Assembly (NCBI GenBank): GCA_045601305.1
Contig: JAZRZG010000030.1
Span: 1-51,803, forward strand
DNA: 51,803 bases
Source of the DNA: Synergistaceae bacterium
Lineage (GTDB): Bacteria; Synergistota; Synergistia; Synergistales; Synergistaceae
Reading direction: 5' to 3'
Part shown: one piece after another, positions 9,826-19,653 of the stretch
How positions within the stretch are numbered: position 1 is the stretch's first letter
Layout of the letters: each line of letters starts with the position of its first letter
Made by a program: the position numbers and the translations under genes
Notes under the pieces: generated by a model
What the model was told of the DNA's origin: nothing
Seen by the model: only the letters and a program-made list of their open reading frames with translations
Databases searched by the model: none

Positions 9826-9899
9826 TGGCTGGGGTACCTGGATTCGAACCAAGATTACCTGATCCAGAGTCAGGCGTGCTGCCGTTGCACCATACCCCA
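9826..9899 (-). tRNA. tRNA-Gln (anticodon CUG)
   Basis: The reverse complement is TGGGGTATGGTGCAACGG...CCTGA-CTCTGGA-TCAGG...GGTTCGAATCCAGGTACCCCAGCCA. Acceptor, T-arm and anticodon loop are all clear. Confidence 0.9.
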
Positions 9900-9912
9900 A
9901 CAACAGATAAAA

Positions 9913-9940
9913 ATTATAGCGTGATTTGTATCTTTGTCAA
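9913..9940 (-). promoter_or_regulatory. sigma70-type promoter for the tRNA-Gln/Glu operon
   Basis: Minus strand reads TTGACA (9940-9935), a 16-nt spacer, then TATAAT (9918-9913). It ends about 13 nt before the tRNA-Gln 5' end. Confidence 0.7.
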
Positions 9941-10127
9941 GCGAGCGATTGCGGTGTGCCAAAATCCGTGCTGCCTACCACTATTCAAACTAAATGCAAC
10001 ACCTAACCCGCCAGGGAGTTATTACATTTACTTTGAAAAGTGGCGCAAAAATTTGTTTTTCAAATTTTTACTGCTGGAAAATTTATGTGTGAGGTTGTAA
10101 AATATTATCTTGGAGGGAATTGTATTA

Positions 10128-11840
10128 ATGACGAACTTTACGACACAGCGCAGACCGGCGAGGGTCGCCGGAACGAGGCAGGGAGAACTGAAAATTATAC
10201 CGCTTGGCGGACTTGGCGAAATAGGCAAAAATCTTACGGTGTTTCGCTGGAATGACGATATAATTGTTGTTGACTGCGGGCTGAAATTTCCTGACGAGAC
10301 TATGCTTGGAATCGATTTTGTCATTCCTGACGTTCAGTATCTCATAGAAAACAAAAAGAAAATCAAGGGAATATTTATTACGCACGGGCATGAAGACCAT
10401 ATCGGCGCGCTTCCGCTTGTGCTTCCGTCGCTGAACGTTCCTGTCTACTGTACACGGCTGGCAGCCGGTCTTATACAGAACAAACTGGATGAAGTGTGCC
10501 CTGCGTATCAGCCGAAATTTCATGAAATAACGCGAGGAGACAAGATAAAAGCCGGCGCTTTCTTAGTTGAGTTTATATCTGTGTGTCATTCTATTCCGGA
10601 TGCGCTGGCTCTTGCGGTGCGTACGCCTGTCGGTACTGTCGTGCATACCGGCGACTACAAACTTGACCCGACTCCGATTGACGGTGTCAGAACGGATTTT
10701 GCCAAATTCGCAAAGCTTGGCGAAGAAGGTGTACTTATGCTGATGTCTGACTCTACAAACGTGGAAAGAGACGGAGTGACGCCTTCGGAAAAAACTGTCG
10801 GACAGACTTTTGAAAGACTTTTCAGACTTCACAAGGACAGGCGTATTGTAATAGCAGCTTTTGCGAGTAATCTGCACAGAATTCAGCAGGTGCTTAATGT
10901 CGCGGCGCGTTTTAACAGGAAGGTTATGCTTGTTGGACGCAGTATGCTTGGCAATGTTGAGCTTGCGGCAGAGCTCGGCTGTATAAAGCTTCCAAATGAT
11001 GAAATACTTATTTCTCCCGAAGAAGCGGCGCGTATGTCTGACAACCGCCTTGTGATTCTTACTACGGGGAGTCAGGGCGAGCCGTTCTCGGGTCTTGTCC
11101 TGATGAGCAGAGGAATGCACAAAACCGTTAAAATGGGGGAAAAGGATCTGGTTATTATTTCGGCAAATCCAATCCCGGGCAATGAAAAGCTTGTCAGTCA
11201 GACTATAGACAGGCTGCTTTCCTTCGGCTGTGAGGTTGTTTACGGAAAGGAAGAAAAAACGCATGTCTCAGGTCACGCTTCACGCGATGAACTTACGATG
11301 ATGCTTTCGCTTGTCAATCCACAGTTCTTTATGCCGGTACACGGCGAGTTCCGCCATCTTACACGCCATGCGCAGTTAGCGCGTGAACTCGGCGTTCAGC
11401 AGAAAAATATTTTCATTCTTGAAAACGGCGATGTGCTTACTTTCAAGTCAGGCAAAAAAGCGCTGATTGACGGAAAAGTGACAGCAGGCTCTGTGCTTGT
11501 TGACGGTAAGGCACTCGGTGAATTTGACGGCAGCCTGCTGCGCGAAAGGCGCGAACTTTCGGAAAACGGCATTGTTGTCGTGTCTGTTGTTATTGACAGG
11601 AAAGGCAATATCAAAGCTCCTGTTCAGATAAAGACAAAGGGAAGCATTATCAGTTCCGATGAAGAAAGTCGTGACGTGCTTGAACGCGCCGTTACAAGAG
11701 CGGTTGAACAGTTCGCGCGTACGCCCGGAGCGAAACAGGAACTGCTGCCGACAGAAATAAGAAAGAGAATACGTGAAATCTGCGGACAGTCGCCGCGCAA
11801 TTATCCGACGATTATTCCGCTTATCACTACCGTAAAGTAA
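10128..11840 (+). CDS. rnj: ribonuclease J
   Basis: LKIIPLGGLGEIGKN N-terminus, HGHEDHIG beta-lactamase motif, beta-CASP region and C-terminal domain. ATG 10128 has GGAGGG 10 nt upstream. Confidence 0.9.
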   Translation: MTNFTTQRRPARVAGTRQGELKIIPLGGLGEIGKNLTVFRWNDDIIVVDCGLKFPDETMLGIDFVIPDVQYLIENKKKIKGIFITHGHEDHIGALPLVLPSLNVPVYCTRLAAGLIQNKLDEVCPAYQPKFHEITRGDKIKAGAFLVEFISVCHSIPDALALAVRTPVGTVVHTGDYKLDPTPIDGVRTDFAKFAKLGEEGVLMLMSDSTNVERDGVTPSEKTVGQTFERLFRLHKDRRIVIAAFASNLHRIQQVLNVAARFNRKVMLVGRSMLGNVELAAELGCIKLPNDEILISPEEAARMSDNRLVILTTGSQGEPFSGLVLMSRGMHKTVKMGEKDLVIISANPIPGNEKLVSQTIDRLLSFGCEVVYGKEEKTHVSGHASRDELTMMLSLVNPQFFMPVHGEFRHLTRHAQLARELGVQQKNIFILENGDVLTFKSGKKALIDGKVTAGSVLVDGKALGEFDGSLLRERRELSENGIVVVSVVIDRKGNIKAPVQIKTKGSIISSDEESRDVLERAVTRAVEQFARTPGAKQELLPTEIRKRIREICGQSPRNYPTIIPLITTVK

Positions 11841-11874
11841 AAACAGCATACAAACCGGAAGGAGCAGAAAAAGT

Positions 11875-13506
11875 ATGTCATTGAACATGGTTTTGCAAGT
11901 TTGCGCAGGTATCGGGGTACTGATTTACGGAATTATCCTGATGGGGGATTCACTGCAGATTATCGCCGGCGACAAAATGCGTGTTTTAATCGGCAAACTC
12001 ACAAGTACACCGCTGAAAGGTTTTCTTGTCGGGACAGTGGTTACCGGAATTTTGCAAAGCAGCGGAGCAACAAGCGTTATGGTGGTAAGTTTTGTCGATA
12101 TTGGTTTTATGAATCTGACACAGGCAATAAGCGTGATTCTGGGTGCGAATATCGGTACTACCGTTACAGCACAGCTCATAGCTTTTAACATTCTTAATGT
12201 TGCGTATATGTGCGCGCTTATCGGCGCCGCTGTTTGCATTTTGGGAAAAACAAAACGCGTCAAACAGATTGGCGCCTGTACTGTGGGCTTTGCGCTGCTG
12301 TTTATCGGCATTCACATGATGAAGGGACCTCTCGGAGAGCTCAGCAAATATCCTAAAATCGCAGAATTGTTCGGCAGTCATCTGATTTTCGCGTTTTTGT
12401 TCGGACTTGGAATTACGCTTCTTGTACAGTCAAGTTCCGCAACGGTCGGTCTTACGATGGCATTTGCCGCACAGGGTGTTATCAATCTTCCGACAGCAAT
12501 AGTCATCTGTCTTGGTGAAAATATCGGCTCCACCGTTACCGCTGTTCTCGCTTCGCTCACTTCAAGCCGCGCGGCAAAACAGGCGGCAGCTTCACACGTA
12601 ATCGTAAAGGTTATCGGCACGCTTATAATACTCGCGCTTCTTCCGCTTTACACAAAACTTATCATCTGCACGTCAACAGATATTTCACGTCAGATAGCCA
12701 ACGCACACACGATTTTCAACGTTATTATCGCCTTCCTGTTCCTTCCGTTTGTGCCGCAGTATGCTAAGCTGATAAAGAAAATTCTGCCGGATGATGAAAG
12801 CGCCAGAGAGGCAGGTCCTATCTACCTGAACAGGGCTCTGATAAGCGTCTCTCCTGCGGCAGCCGTTCAGGCGGTCAGAAGTGAACTGATAAGACTTGCA
12901 GAATATACTTCAAAAATGCTTTTTAATGCTGAAAAGCTGTTTTTGTCAAAGGATAACAAACAGGCAGACAAACTGATAGAGCAGATTGGCAAAGCTGAAT
13001 CTAACGTTGACAGTACATCGGACGAAATTATTATTTATGCTGCGGAGGTGGGGCAGACAGGTCTTGCCGCTGACCTTTCTTCAATGCTTAATTCATGTAC
13101 CGGCGGCGTAAGCGACGTTGAACGTATAGGGGACCATGCCACGAACCTTGTTGAACTGTATCAGTTCCTTAAAGAGCATGAGCTGTCGTTCTCTGAGCAT
13201 GCTCTTAAAGAATGTCAGGCAATGTTTGAGATGGTAATTTCTGCCGTTAAATATGCTATTCAGGCGCTTAAGGAAGAAAACATCGACCTTGCGCAGCACG
13301 TGGTTGAACTTGAGGACAAAATAGATGATATGGAGCTTGAGCTTCGCGCCAAACATATTGCAAGGCTTAACGCAGGAACTTGCAAGCCGGGGGCAGGCGT
13401 TGCCTTTATAGATATGCTGAGCAATCTTGAACGAGTCGGCGACCACGCCCATAATTTGGCGCAGGTGGTGCTTGACATCAATCATCTGCACAGACACGAA
13501 AGCTAA
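11875..13506 (+). CDS. Na+/phosphate cotransporter family protein with C-terminal PhoU-like repeats
   Basis: 543 aa. Duplicated GANIGTT / GENIGST transporter motifs. The C-terminus has a duplicated ERIGDHA / ERVGDHA PhoU-type motif. Confidence 0.85.
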   Translation: MSLNMVLQVCAGIGVLIYGIILMGDSLQIIAGDKMRVLIGKLTSTPLKGFLVGTVVTGILQSSGATSVMVVSFVDIGFMNLTQAISVILGANIGTTVTAQLIAFNILNVAYMCALIGAAVCILGKTKRVKQIGACTVGFALLFIGIHMMKGPLGELSKYPKIAELFGSHLIFAFLFGLGITLLVQSSSATVGLTMAFAAQGVINLPTAIVICLGENIGSTVTAVLASLTSSRAAKQAAASHVIVKVIGTLIILALLPLYTKLIICTSTDISRQIANAHTIFNVIIAFLFLPFVPQYAKLIKKILPDDESAREAGPIYLNRALISVSPAAAVQAVRSELIRLAEYTSKMLFNAEKLFLSKDNKQADKLIEQIGKAESNVDSTSDEIIIYAAEVGQTGLAADLSSMLNSCTGGVSDVERIGDHATNLVELYQFLKEHELSFSEHALKECQAMFEMVISAVKYAIQALKEENIDLAQHVVELEDKIDDMELELRAKHIARLNAGTCKPGAGVAFIDMLSNLERVGDHAHNLAQVVLDINHLHRHES

Positions 13507-13519
13507 GAAGGGATTTTCA

Positions 13520-14326
13520 GTGAACGAAAAAATTGTTCTGCTCGGATTTTTGCAGGGACTTACGGAATTTTTACCGGTAAGCAGTTCTGGACATCTTGCG
13601 CTTGCGCAGATTTTTTGCGGAATTGACAACGCTTCGGCTGCCTATGACATTGTTCTGCATATAGCTACAATGCTTGCCACGCTTATTTTCTTCTGCTTCG
13701 ATATTTATTATCTTGTTTCGGAATGGCTCTCCGGTTTTGTTGCAGATACTGCCAAAACCAAAGAAAGCTGGAGAACAGGCTGGGCCGTAATTTTTGCCAC
13801 AGTAATTACCGGAATTATCGGAATAGCAATGAAGCCTGTTGTGGAGAAGGTACTGCAAAATTCACTTTTTGTAGGGCTTGGACTGCTTGTAACAGGCATT
13901 CTGCTTATAGCTTCGCACTTTATTAAAGAGGGTTACGGTCACGTTCGTCCCGCAGACGGAATCATTGTCGGTATCGCTCAGGGAATTGCGACGCTTCCTG
14001 GTGTATCCCGTTCAGGTATGACAATTCTTGCCGGATGCCGCGCAGGACTTTCAAGAGATGAGGCATTCAGGCTTTCTTTTCTTGTTTCCATTCCTGCAAT
14101 TTGCGGGGCAACGCTTCTTGAAGCGCTTGACCTCGGCGGGTTCGGCGCGTTTTGCGCAGCGTTGCCTGAAGGCTGGCTGTTCGGCGCGCTGTCTGCTTTT
14201 TTGAGCGGTCTGCTTGCTTTGATTATACTTAAAAAACTTGTTATAAATGCCAAATGGTGGATATTTGGAATTTACTGTCTTTTGCTCGGTCTGGCTACGA
14301 TTGGATTTTCTTTTTTGGGGGTATAA
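13520..14326 (+). CDS. uppP: undecaprenyl-diphosphate phosphatase (UppP/BacA)
   Basis: LQGLTEFLPVSSSGHL and PGVSRSG motifs. GTG 13520 has GAAGGG upstream; the track ORF from 13427 overlaps the previous gene. Confidence 0.9.
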   Translation: MNEKIVLLGFLQGLTEFLPVSSSGHLALAQIFCGIDNASAAYDIVLHIATMLATLIFFCFDIYYLVSEWLSGFVADTAKTKESWRTGWAVIFATVITGIIGIAMKPVVEKVLQNSLFVGLGLLVTGILLIASHFIKEGYGHVRPADGIIVGIAQGIATLPGVSRSGMTILAGCRAGLSRDEAFRLSFLVSIPAICGATLLEALDLGGFGAFCAALPEGWLFGALSAFLSGLLALIILKKLVINAKWWIFGIYCLLLGLATIGFSFLGV

Positions 14327-14329
14327 ACA

Positions 14330-14575
14330 ATGTTCTTTAAAAACTCTGCAAAAGCATCCCTGATAATTTTTGTTTCACTTGTTCTCGGAACAGGGCTTGG
14401 CATTTTCTTTCAGCAGTTCAGCGTTACGAGGCAGCTTTTTCAGAATTTCATAGACGTTAAATTCAATATCACGGAAATAAAGCTGATATTCATAGATTTT
14501 GGACTGTTGTTCGGAATTAAAATCAATCTCGGCACAATTTTCGGCGGAGCAGCCGGAGTGTTTCTTGCGCGCTGA
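14330..14575 (+). CDS. small membrane protein (DUF4321-like)
   Basis: 81 aa with hydrophobic N- and C-termini, tightly packed between uppP and maf. The family assignment is from memory only. Confidence 0.45.
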   Translation: MFFKNSAKASLIIFVSLVLGTGLGIFFQQFSVTRQLFQNFIDVKFNITEIKLIFIDFGLLFGIKINLGTIFGGAAGVFLAR

Positions 14576-15165
14576 TGAAAAAGAGATTGCTGCTTGCTTC
14601 GGCAAGTCCGCGCAGACGCGCAATGCTTGCTGAACTTGGCTGGAATTTTGCCGCAGTGGCATCAGAGTATGAAGAAATTTCTGTCGAAGGTGAAACACCG
14701 GAAGAGATGACACGTCGTTTCGCGTTTGGAAAAGCGCTGGACGTTTTCAGCCGCAATCGTGACGCAGTTGTAGCAGCTGCCGACACAACGGTAGTTATTG
14801 ACAATGAAATACTGGGCAAACCAAAAGATGAGGCGGATGCCTGCCGTATGCTTTCAATGCTGCAGGGAAGGAAACACACGGTTATGACCGCGGTTGCAAT
14901 TTTTTCAGCGGAGCATGAGACTGTTTCCTTTGTTGAAAAAACAGATGTGTTTTTCAGAAAACTTTCGCCGGAAGAAATCGAAAGCTATGTCGCGACAGGC
15001 GAAAGCCTTGACAAAGCCGGAGCTTACGCAATTCAAGGGCACGGTATGCTCCTTGTTGAAAAAATCCGCGGCTGTTATTTCAACGTTGTGGGACTGCCTG
15101 TTGAACGGTTAAGCAAAGAACTTGACGCGCTCGGTTTCAGCCTTAAAGAGCAATGGGGGAATTAA
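14575..15165 (+). CDS. maf: Maf-like nucleoside triphosphate pyrophosphatase
   Basis: LLLASASPRR N-terminus, DTTVV, GKP, AGAYAIQG motifs. Confidence 0.9.
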   Translation: MKKRLLLASASPRRRAMLAELGWNFAAVASEYEEISVEGETPEEMTRRFAFGKALDVFSRNRDAVVAAADTTVVIDNEILGKPKDEADACRMLSMLQGRKHTVMTAVAIFSAEHETVSFVEKTDVFFRKLSPEEIESYVATGESLDKAGAYAIQGHGMLLVEKIRGCYFNVVGLPVERLSKELDALGFSLKEQWGN

Positions 15166-15166
15166 A

Positions 15167-17020
15167 TTGAAACCTGTTTCACGAAGATATCTTTATTATA
15201 TGTTAATGGCGGCGGCACTTTTGCTTGCCTGTGTCGGAGTTTTGCCGCGCGTGCGGGCAGAGCGTCTCAATAACACGTATGCCTTTGCCGCAAATTACAG
15301 AGACACAGCAGCGCTTGCAAAGCAGAGAAACTGTACCGAACAGGAAATATGGAAGAAACTCAGCAACTGTTCTGTCGCTGCTCTTACTGCACAGGAATTT
15401 ACAGGAGAAGAAATTATTAAATATCGTCCGTTAGGTGCAGCCATGACGGTGTACCAAGGCAGAGCCGCACTGAGTCTCCCAAAAGATTTTAAATATACGA
15501 TCCCGCTTAAAAAATATCTCAATGCAAAAATCTCCGGTATGCAGTTTGTTGCAGAGGAAAATACGCTGTTTGTTTTCCCGTCAACGATGGAAATGCTGTC
15601 GTCATCATCTGTCCTTCCTGATTTTGAAGCGCTTGAATTTTGCAGGACGAATAATATTCCCGCGCTTTTCAGACTCGGTACGTGCAGCATCTCAGACGGC
15701 AGCCGAACGGCTGAAGCGCTTGCTCTGATTTGCCACGAATATCCGCAGATTAAAAATATACTTCCTGCAGGGTATATCATTGCGGGAAATCCGAACGTCA
15801 AGCCGATAGCGGAGCTGATTAAAGCGCGCGGAATAAGCCTCTCACAGGTTGAATTTTTCAAGCAGTCAGGAGCGTCAAATGCTTTTATAAACGCTTATCC
15901 TGAAATTTTGCCGCTTCACAGTCTCACAGCTGACGAGGTAATTTCCAAAAATATATCCAGAACAGCGACTGTTGAACGCTATGTCAGGGCAATTCATGAG
16001 CGTTCCGTCAGAATTATCCTTGTCAGGCCGTTTGATTTGCTTATGGGAGACAAATTTGACGCTTTCGTCGAAGATTTGACAAAGACAGCAGACAAACTTG
16101 CCGCGCGCGGATATAAAGCGCAGTGGACAGAGCCGTACAAGCCGTGGGGCAGAAACGCTGCTTCCGCCATAGCGCTTGCCGTTGTTTTTGTGTCCTCGGT
16201 ATGGTTCTACCGCGCAAGACTGCTCTGCGCTGATGACAAAACCGCGGGACTTAAAGAAATCGCCGGACTGGTTTTGGTTATTCTCCTTTACGCGGGCTGT
16301 TTATGGAAAGTCTCTGCCGTTGCGAAACTTACCGGCGGTTTATGTACAGGCTTTGCCGCCGCGGAAGCAGCCTTGTGCGCAATGAGCGGAAGAAAAAAAC
16401 TTTTGCCTGCGCTCTTTATAATTTTTGCGGCGGGGTTGTCTGTCGCCGCTTTTTACGGAACAACAAAGGCTGCGTTGCGGCTGCTGCCGTTCTCCGGTGT
16501 TAAACTCACGCTGCTGCTTCCGCCTGTTCTTGTCCTTTGGCACGATTTAAAACTCAGAATTCACAATGAAACGGGAAAGGAGCTGTTTATTCGTCCCGCG
16601 CTTTGGGGTGAGCTGTTGCTTTGCGGTGTCGCGATGCTGGCGCTTTTGATTATGGCGCTCAGAAGCGACAACGTTTCCGAAGTTCCCGCATTTGAGCTTG
16701 CGTTTCGCGATTTTTTGGAAAGAACTCTGCTGATCAGACCAAGGACAAAAGAGATATTGATAGGTTATCCGGCGCTGGTGCTATATCTGTACGTTGTGAA
16801 AAATGATTATATTCCGCATTACAGAGAACTGCTGCGGCTTGCGGCAACGCTTGCGTTCTGCTCCGCAATGAACACCTTCTGCCATTTCCATACGCGGCTT
16901 ATGCTGAGTATCATACGAGTGCTGAACGGCTGGTGGGTCGGTCTGCTGGCAGGCTGCGCCGCAGTACTGCTTCTGCATACCGTAATTAAAACAGTCCAAA
17001 GGCATAAACAAGCGGTGTAA
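15167..17020 (+). CDS. large polytopic membrane protein (DUF5693-like, CsaB-associated)
   Basis: About 617 aa: N-terminal TM, a soluble domain, then many C-terminal TM helices. It lies immediately upstream of csaB. Start is uncertain (TTG 15167 after GGGGGA, or ATG 15200). Confidence 0.55.
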   Translation: MKPVSRRYLYYMLMAAALLLACVGVLPRVRAERLNNTYAFAANYRDTAALAKQRNCTEQEIWKKLSNCSVAALTAQEFTGEEIIKYRPLGAAMTVYQGRAALSLPKDFKYTIPLKKYLNAKISGMQFVAEENTLFVFPSTMEMLSSSSVLPDFEALEFCRTNNIPALFRLGTCSISDGSRTAEALALICHEYPQIKNILPAGYIIAGNPNVKPIAELIKARGISLSQVEFFKQSGASNAFINAYPEILPLHSLTADEVISKNISRTATVERYVRAIHERSVRIILVRPFDLLMGDKFDAFVEDLTKTADKLAARGYKAQWTEPYKPWGRNAASAIALAVVFVSSVWFYRARLLCADDKTAGLKEIAGLVLVILLYAGCLWKVSAVAKLTGGLCTGFAAAEAALCAMSGRKKLLPALFIIFAAGLSVAAFYGTTKAALRLLPFSGVKLTLLLPPVLVLWHDLKLRIHNETGKELFIRPALWGELLLCGVAMLALLIMALRSDNVSEVPAFELAFRDFLERTLLIRPRTKEILIGYPALVLYLYVVKNDYIPHYRELLRLAATLAFCSAMNTFCHFHTRLMLSIIRVLNGWWVGLLAGCAAVLLLHTVIKTVQRHKQAV

Positions 17021-17025
17021 TTATC

Positions 17026-18030
17026 ATGAAACTTCAAAAAACAATAGATGTACTTGTCTTAGGATATTACGGCTTCGGAAATTTAGGCGACGAGCTGCTT
17101 TCAAAAGCGGTTGTTGATAACCTTGCTGCCGCGGGAATTGCCAAAGAACGCATTGTTATTCTTTCCGCAGACCCGCAAAAAAGCGAAGAACTTACCGGAG
17201 TTAAATGTTACAACAGATGGAATCTCGGTACGGTTGCTGCGCTTATGAAGCAGTCCAAAAGTTTTCTGCTCGGCGGTGGCGGACTGTTTCAGGATATTAC
17301 AAGTGTTAAATCCTGCGGCTATTACTGGTGGATTGTCCGTACTGCAAAAATGTCCGGCGTAAAAATCTGGGCAGTGAGTCAGTCAGTCGGACCTCTTAAA
17401 ACAAAACTCGGAAAATGGTTTACAAAAAATTCTCTCAAAAGTGCTTCGTACCTGAATGTAAGAGACAAAAAATCTTCCGCTCTGCTTGCTGAGTGGAAAA
17501 TTGAGCATGCAACCGCGCCCGATCTTGTACTCGGCATTTCGTCCGTGTGTGACGCGGCAAACGGAGACAGCCTGTTGCTCAATCTGCGCCCAGGGTATGA
17601 TGAAATTGCCAAATTCGCGGTAAAAAATGCCGGTTACATCGCAAAAAAAGACAAACTGAAAATAACAGGCATTGCCTTTGCAAGGGAAGATCAGGTATAT
17701 CTTGAAAACCTTGAAGCAGAAGGGATAATAAAATTCAAAAAGATTATACTTGCAGAGAACATAAACGATTTTGAAAAAGCAGAGGAAACGGCAAAAATTG
17801 CCATAGGCATGAGGCTTCATTTTGCGGAGTTGTGCGCTGTTTTGCAAATTCCGGCAGCAATGGCAGCCTACGACCCAAAGGTTGAAGCTTTCTGTGAAGA
17901 ATGGAAAATACCGCAGCTGTGTGAAAAACTTTCCGACAGCTTTGCGTTGCCTGACAAAACTCGGCTTACCTGTGCGAAACAACAAATAGAGAAAGAATTT
18001 GCTGACGGAATAAAAGCGGTACTGGAATAA
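17026..18030 (+). CDS. csaB: polysaccharide pyruvyl transferase CsaB
   Basis: N-terminal GYYGFGNLGDELL and LGGGGLFQD motifs typical of the PS_pyruv_trans/CsaB family. Confidence 0.75.
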   Translation: MKLQKTIDVLVLGYYGFGNLGDELLSKAVVDNLAAAGIAKERIVILSADPQKSEELTGVKCYNRWNLGTVAALMKQSKSFLLGGGGLFQDITSVKSCGYYWWIVRTAKMSGVKIWAVSQSVGPLKTKLGKWFTKNSLKSASYLNVRDKKSSALLAEWKIEHATAPDLVLGISSVCDAANGDSLLLNLRPGYDEIAKFAVKNAGYIAKKDKLKITGIAFAREDQVYLENLEAEGIIKFKKIILAENINDFEKAEETAKIAIGMRLHFAELCAVLQIPAAMAAYDPKVEAFCEEWKIPQLCEKLSDSFALPDKTRLTCAKQQIEKEFADGIKAVLE

Positions 18031-18051
18031 TTCTCCTTACGGAGGTTGATT

Positions 18052-18774
18052 ATGGACATAAAATTTAACGGTGTTACAAAAAAATATGAACCGAATATTC
18101 TGGCGCTTGAAAATGTTTTCCTTCATATAGACAAGGGGGAGTTTGTCTATCTCATAGGGGAAACAGGCTCAGGAAAATCTTCGTTGCTGCGCTGCATAAC
18201 GCGCGAAGTTCTTCCGACAAGAGGTCAGGTTACAGTCGGCGGTATGCAGCTCAGAAAAATGAGTAAGGTCAATCTTGCGTTTTACAGGCGTGAAATAGGA
18301 GTTGTTTTTCAGGATTTTCAGCTGCTGCCAAAACTGAACGTTGCCGAGAACGCAGCTTTTGTGCTTGAGACGATGGGCTATGCATCGAAACTTATACAGG
18401 AGAGAGTGTCAGAAGTGCTGCATCAGGTCGGTCTTTGGCCGAGACGCACAATGTTTCCGTCGCAGATTTCAGGCGGTGAACAGCAGCGTCTTGCAATAGC
18501 AAGGGCAATCGTCAACAAACCGTCGCTGCTGATAGCGGACGAACCCACAGGAAATCTTGACGACCATACAGCCGCGCAGATAATGAATCTCATCTTTGAA
18601 ATAAACAGACAGGGAACGACGGTGCTCATGGCAACGCATAATTCAACGCTTGTAAATACCTACAGGCATCGTGTACTGGAGATGCAGCAGGGACATATCG
18701 TAAGAGACGAAAGAAACGGCAGTTACGAAGCTGAGCAGCCGGTACGAAAAGAGGGTGACGCAAGCAATGGGTAA
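18052..18774 (+). CDS. ftsE: cell-division ABC ATPase FtsE
   Basis: Walker A GETGSGKSS, signature ISGGEQQR, Walker B LLIADEPTGNLD. GGAGG lies 6 nt before ATG 18052. ftsX follows. Confidence 0.9.
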   Translation: MDIKFNGVTKKYEPNILALENVFLHIDKGEFVYLIGETGSGKSSLLRCITREVLPTRGQVTVGGMQLRKMSKVNLAFYRREIGVVFQDFQLLPKLNVAENAAFVLETMGYASKLIQERVSEVLHQVGLWPRRTMFPSQISGGEQQRLAIARAIVNKPSLLIADEPTGNLDDHTAAQIMNLIFEINRQGTTVLMATHNSTLVNTYRHRVLEMQQGHIVRDERNGSYEAEQPVRKEGDASNG

Positions 18775-19651
18775 ATTAGGATATATATTAAGAGACGGCT
18801 GGCGTCTGGTCAGCAGAAATCTTCTGACGAGCGTACTCACGGTTTTTACGGCTGTGGCAGTTTTTTTTGTAATCGGGGTTGGGCTTCTGTTTGTCATAAA
18901 TATGAGAAATGTTGTATCTACGATGGATGATCAGCTCACAGTCCAGATATATCTGAGACCGGAAGCTGACGCAAAAGCAGTTCTGAATGCTGTTGCAAAA
19001 TGTAAGGGTGTCAGAGACGCGAAAATCATCACAAAACAGATGGCGCTTGACAGACTTCGTTCAAGAATGGAGCAGCAGACGGACGCAGTGTCGCTGCTCG
19101 GTGACAACCCGCTGCCGGAAAGTGTGGAACTGCAGCTCAACGAAGCCTCCGAAGTGCCGAATATTGTAAAGAAAGCGGAAAATCTCCGCGGAGTGGAAGA
19201 AGTCATATATGCGGGCAAAGTCGCGGAAAAACTTACCAGAATATCAAACTTCGTAAACGAAGTTTCAATGGTTCTGCTGGTAATTGCTGTGCTTGCAAGC
19301 GGAATAGTGCTTTATAATACCGTGAAACTGTCCGTGTATGCCAAGGAAGAAGAAATAAAAATAATGCTGCTGGTGGGTGCTACGCCGACCTATATCGCGT
19401 TTCCGTACGTCATACAGGGACTGCTGCTCGGAATTTCAGGGGCAGCGGCATCCTTCGGACTGCTTGCGGCGGCATACACACTTGCATTAGACAAATTAAA
19501 GGAAATGCTTCCTTTCCTGCCTTTTGTCGGAGTGCCGGTACTTGTAAGCAAGCTCGGACTTCTTATGCTCGCCTGCGGAGTTGCCGTAAGTCTTATCGCC
19601 AGCCTTATTGCAGTAGAAAGTTATATTCACAAGGCATCCAAACCGCTTTAA
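18767..19651 (+). CDS. ftsX: cell-division permease-like protein FtsX
   Basis: N-terminal TM, periplasmic domain and three C-terminal TMs. It overlaps the ftsE stop by 8 nt. Confidence 0.85.
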   Translation: MGKLGYILRDGWRLVSRNLLTSVLTVFTAVAVFFVIGVGLLFVINMRNVVSTMDDQLTVQIYLRPEADAKAVLNAVAKCKGVRDAKIITKQMALDRLRSRMEQQTDAVSLLGDNPLPESVELQLNEASEVPNIVKKAENLRGVEEVIYAGKVAEKLTRISNFVNEVSMVLLVIAVLASGIVLYNTVKLSVYAKEEEIKIMLLVGATPTYIAFPYVIQGLLLGISGAAASFGLLAAAYTLALDKLKEMLPFLPFVGVPVLVSKLGLLMLACGVAVSLIASLIAVESYIHKASKPL

Positions 19652-19653
19652 TT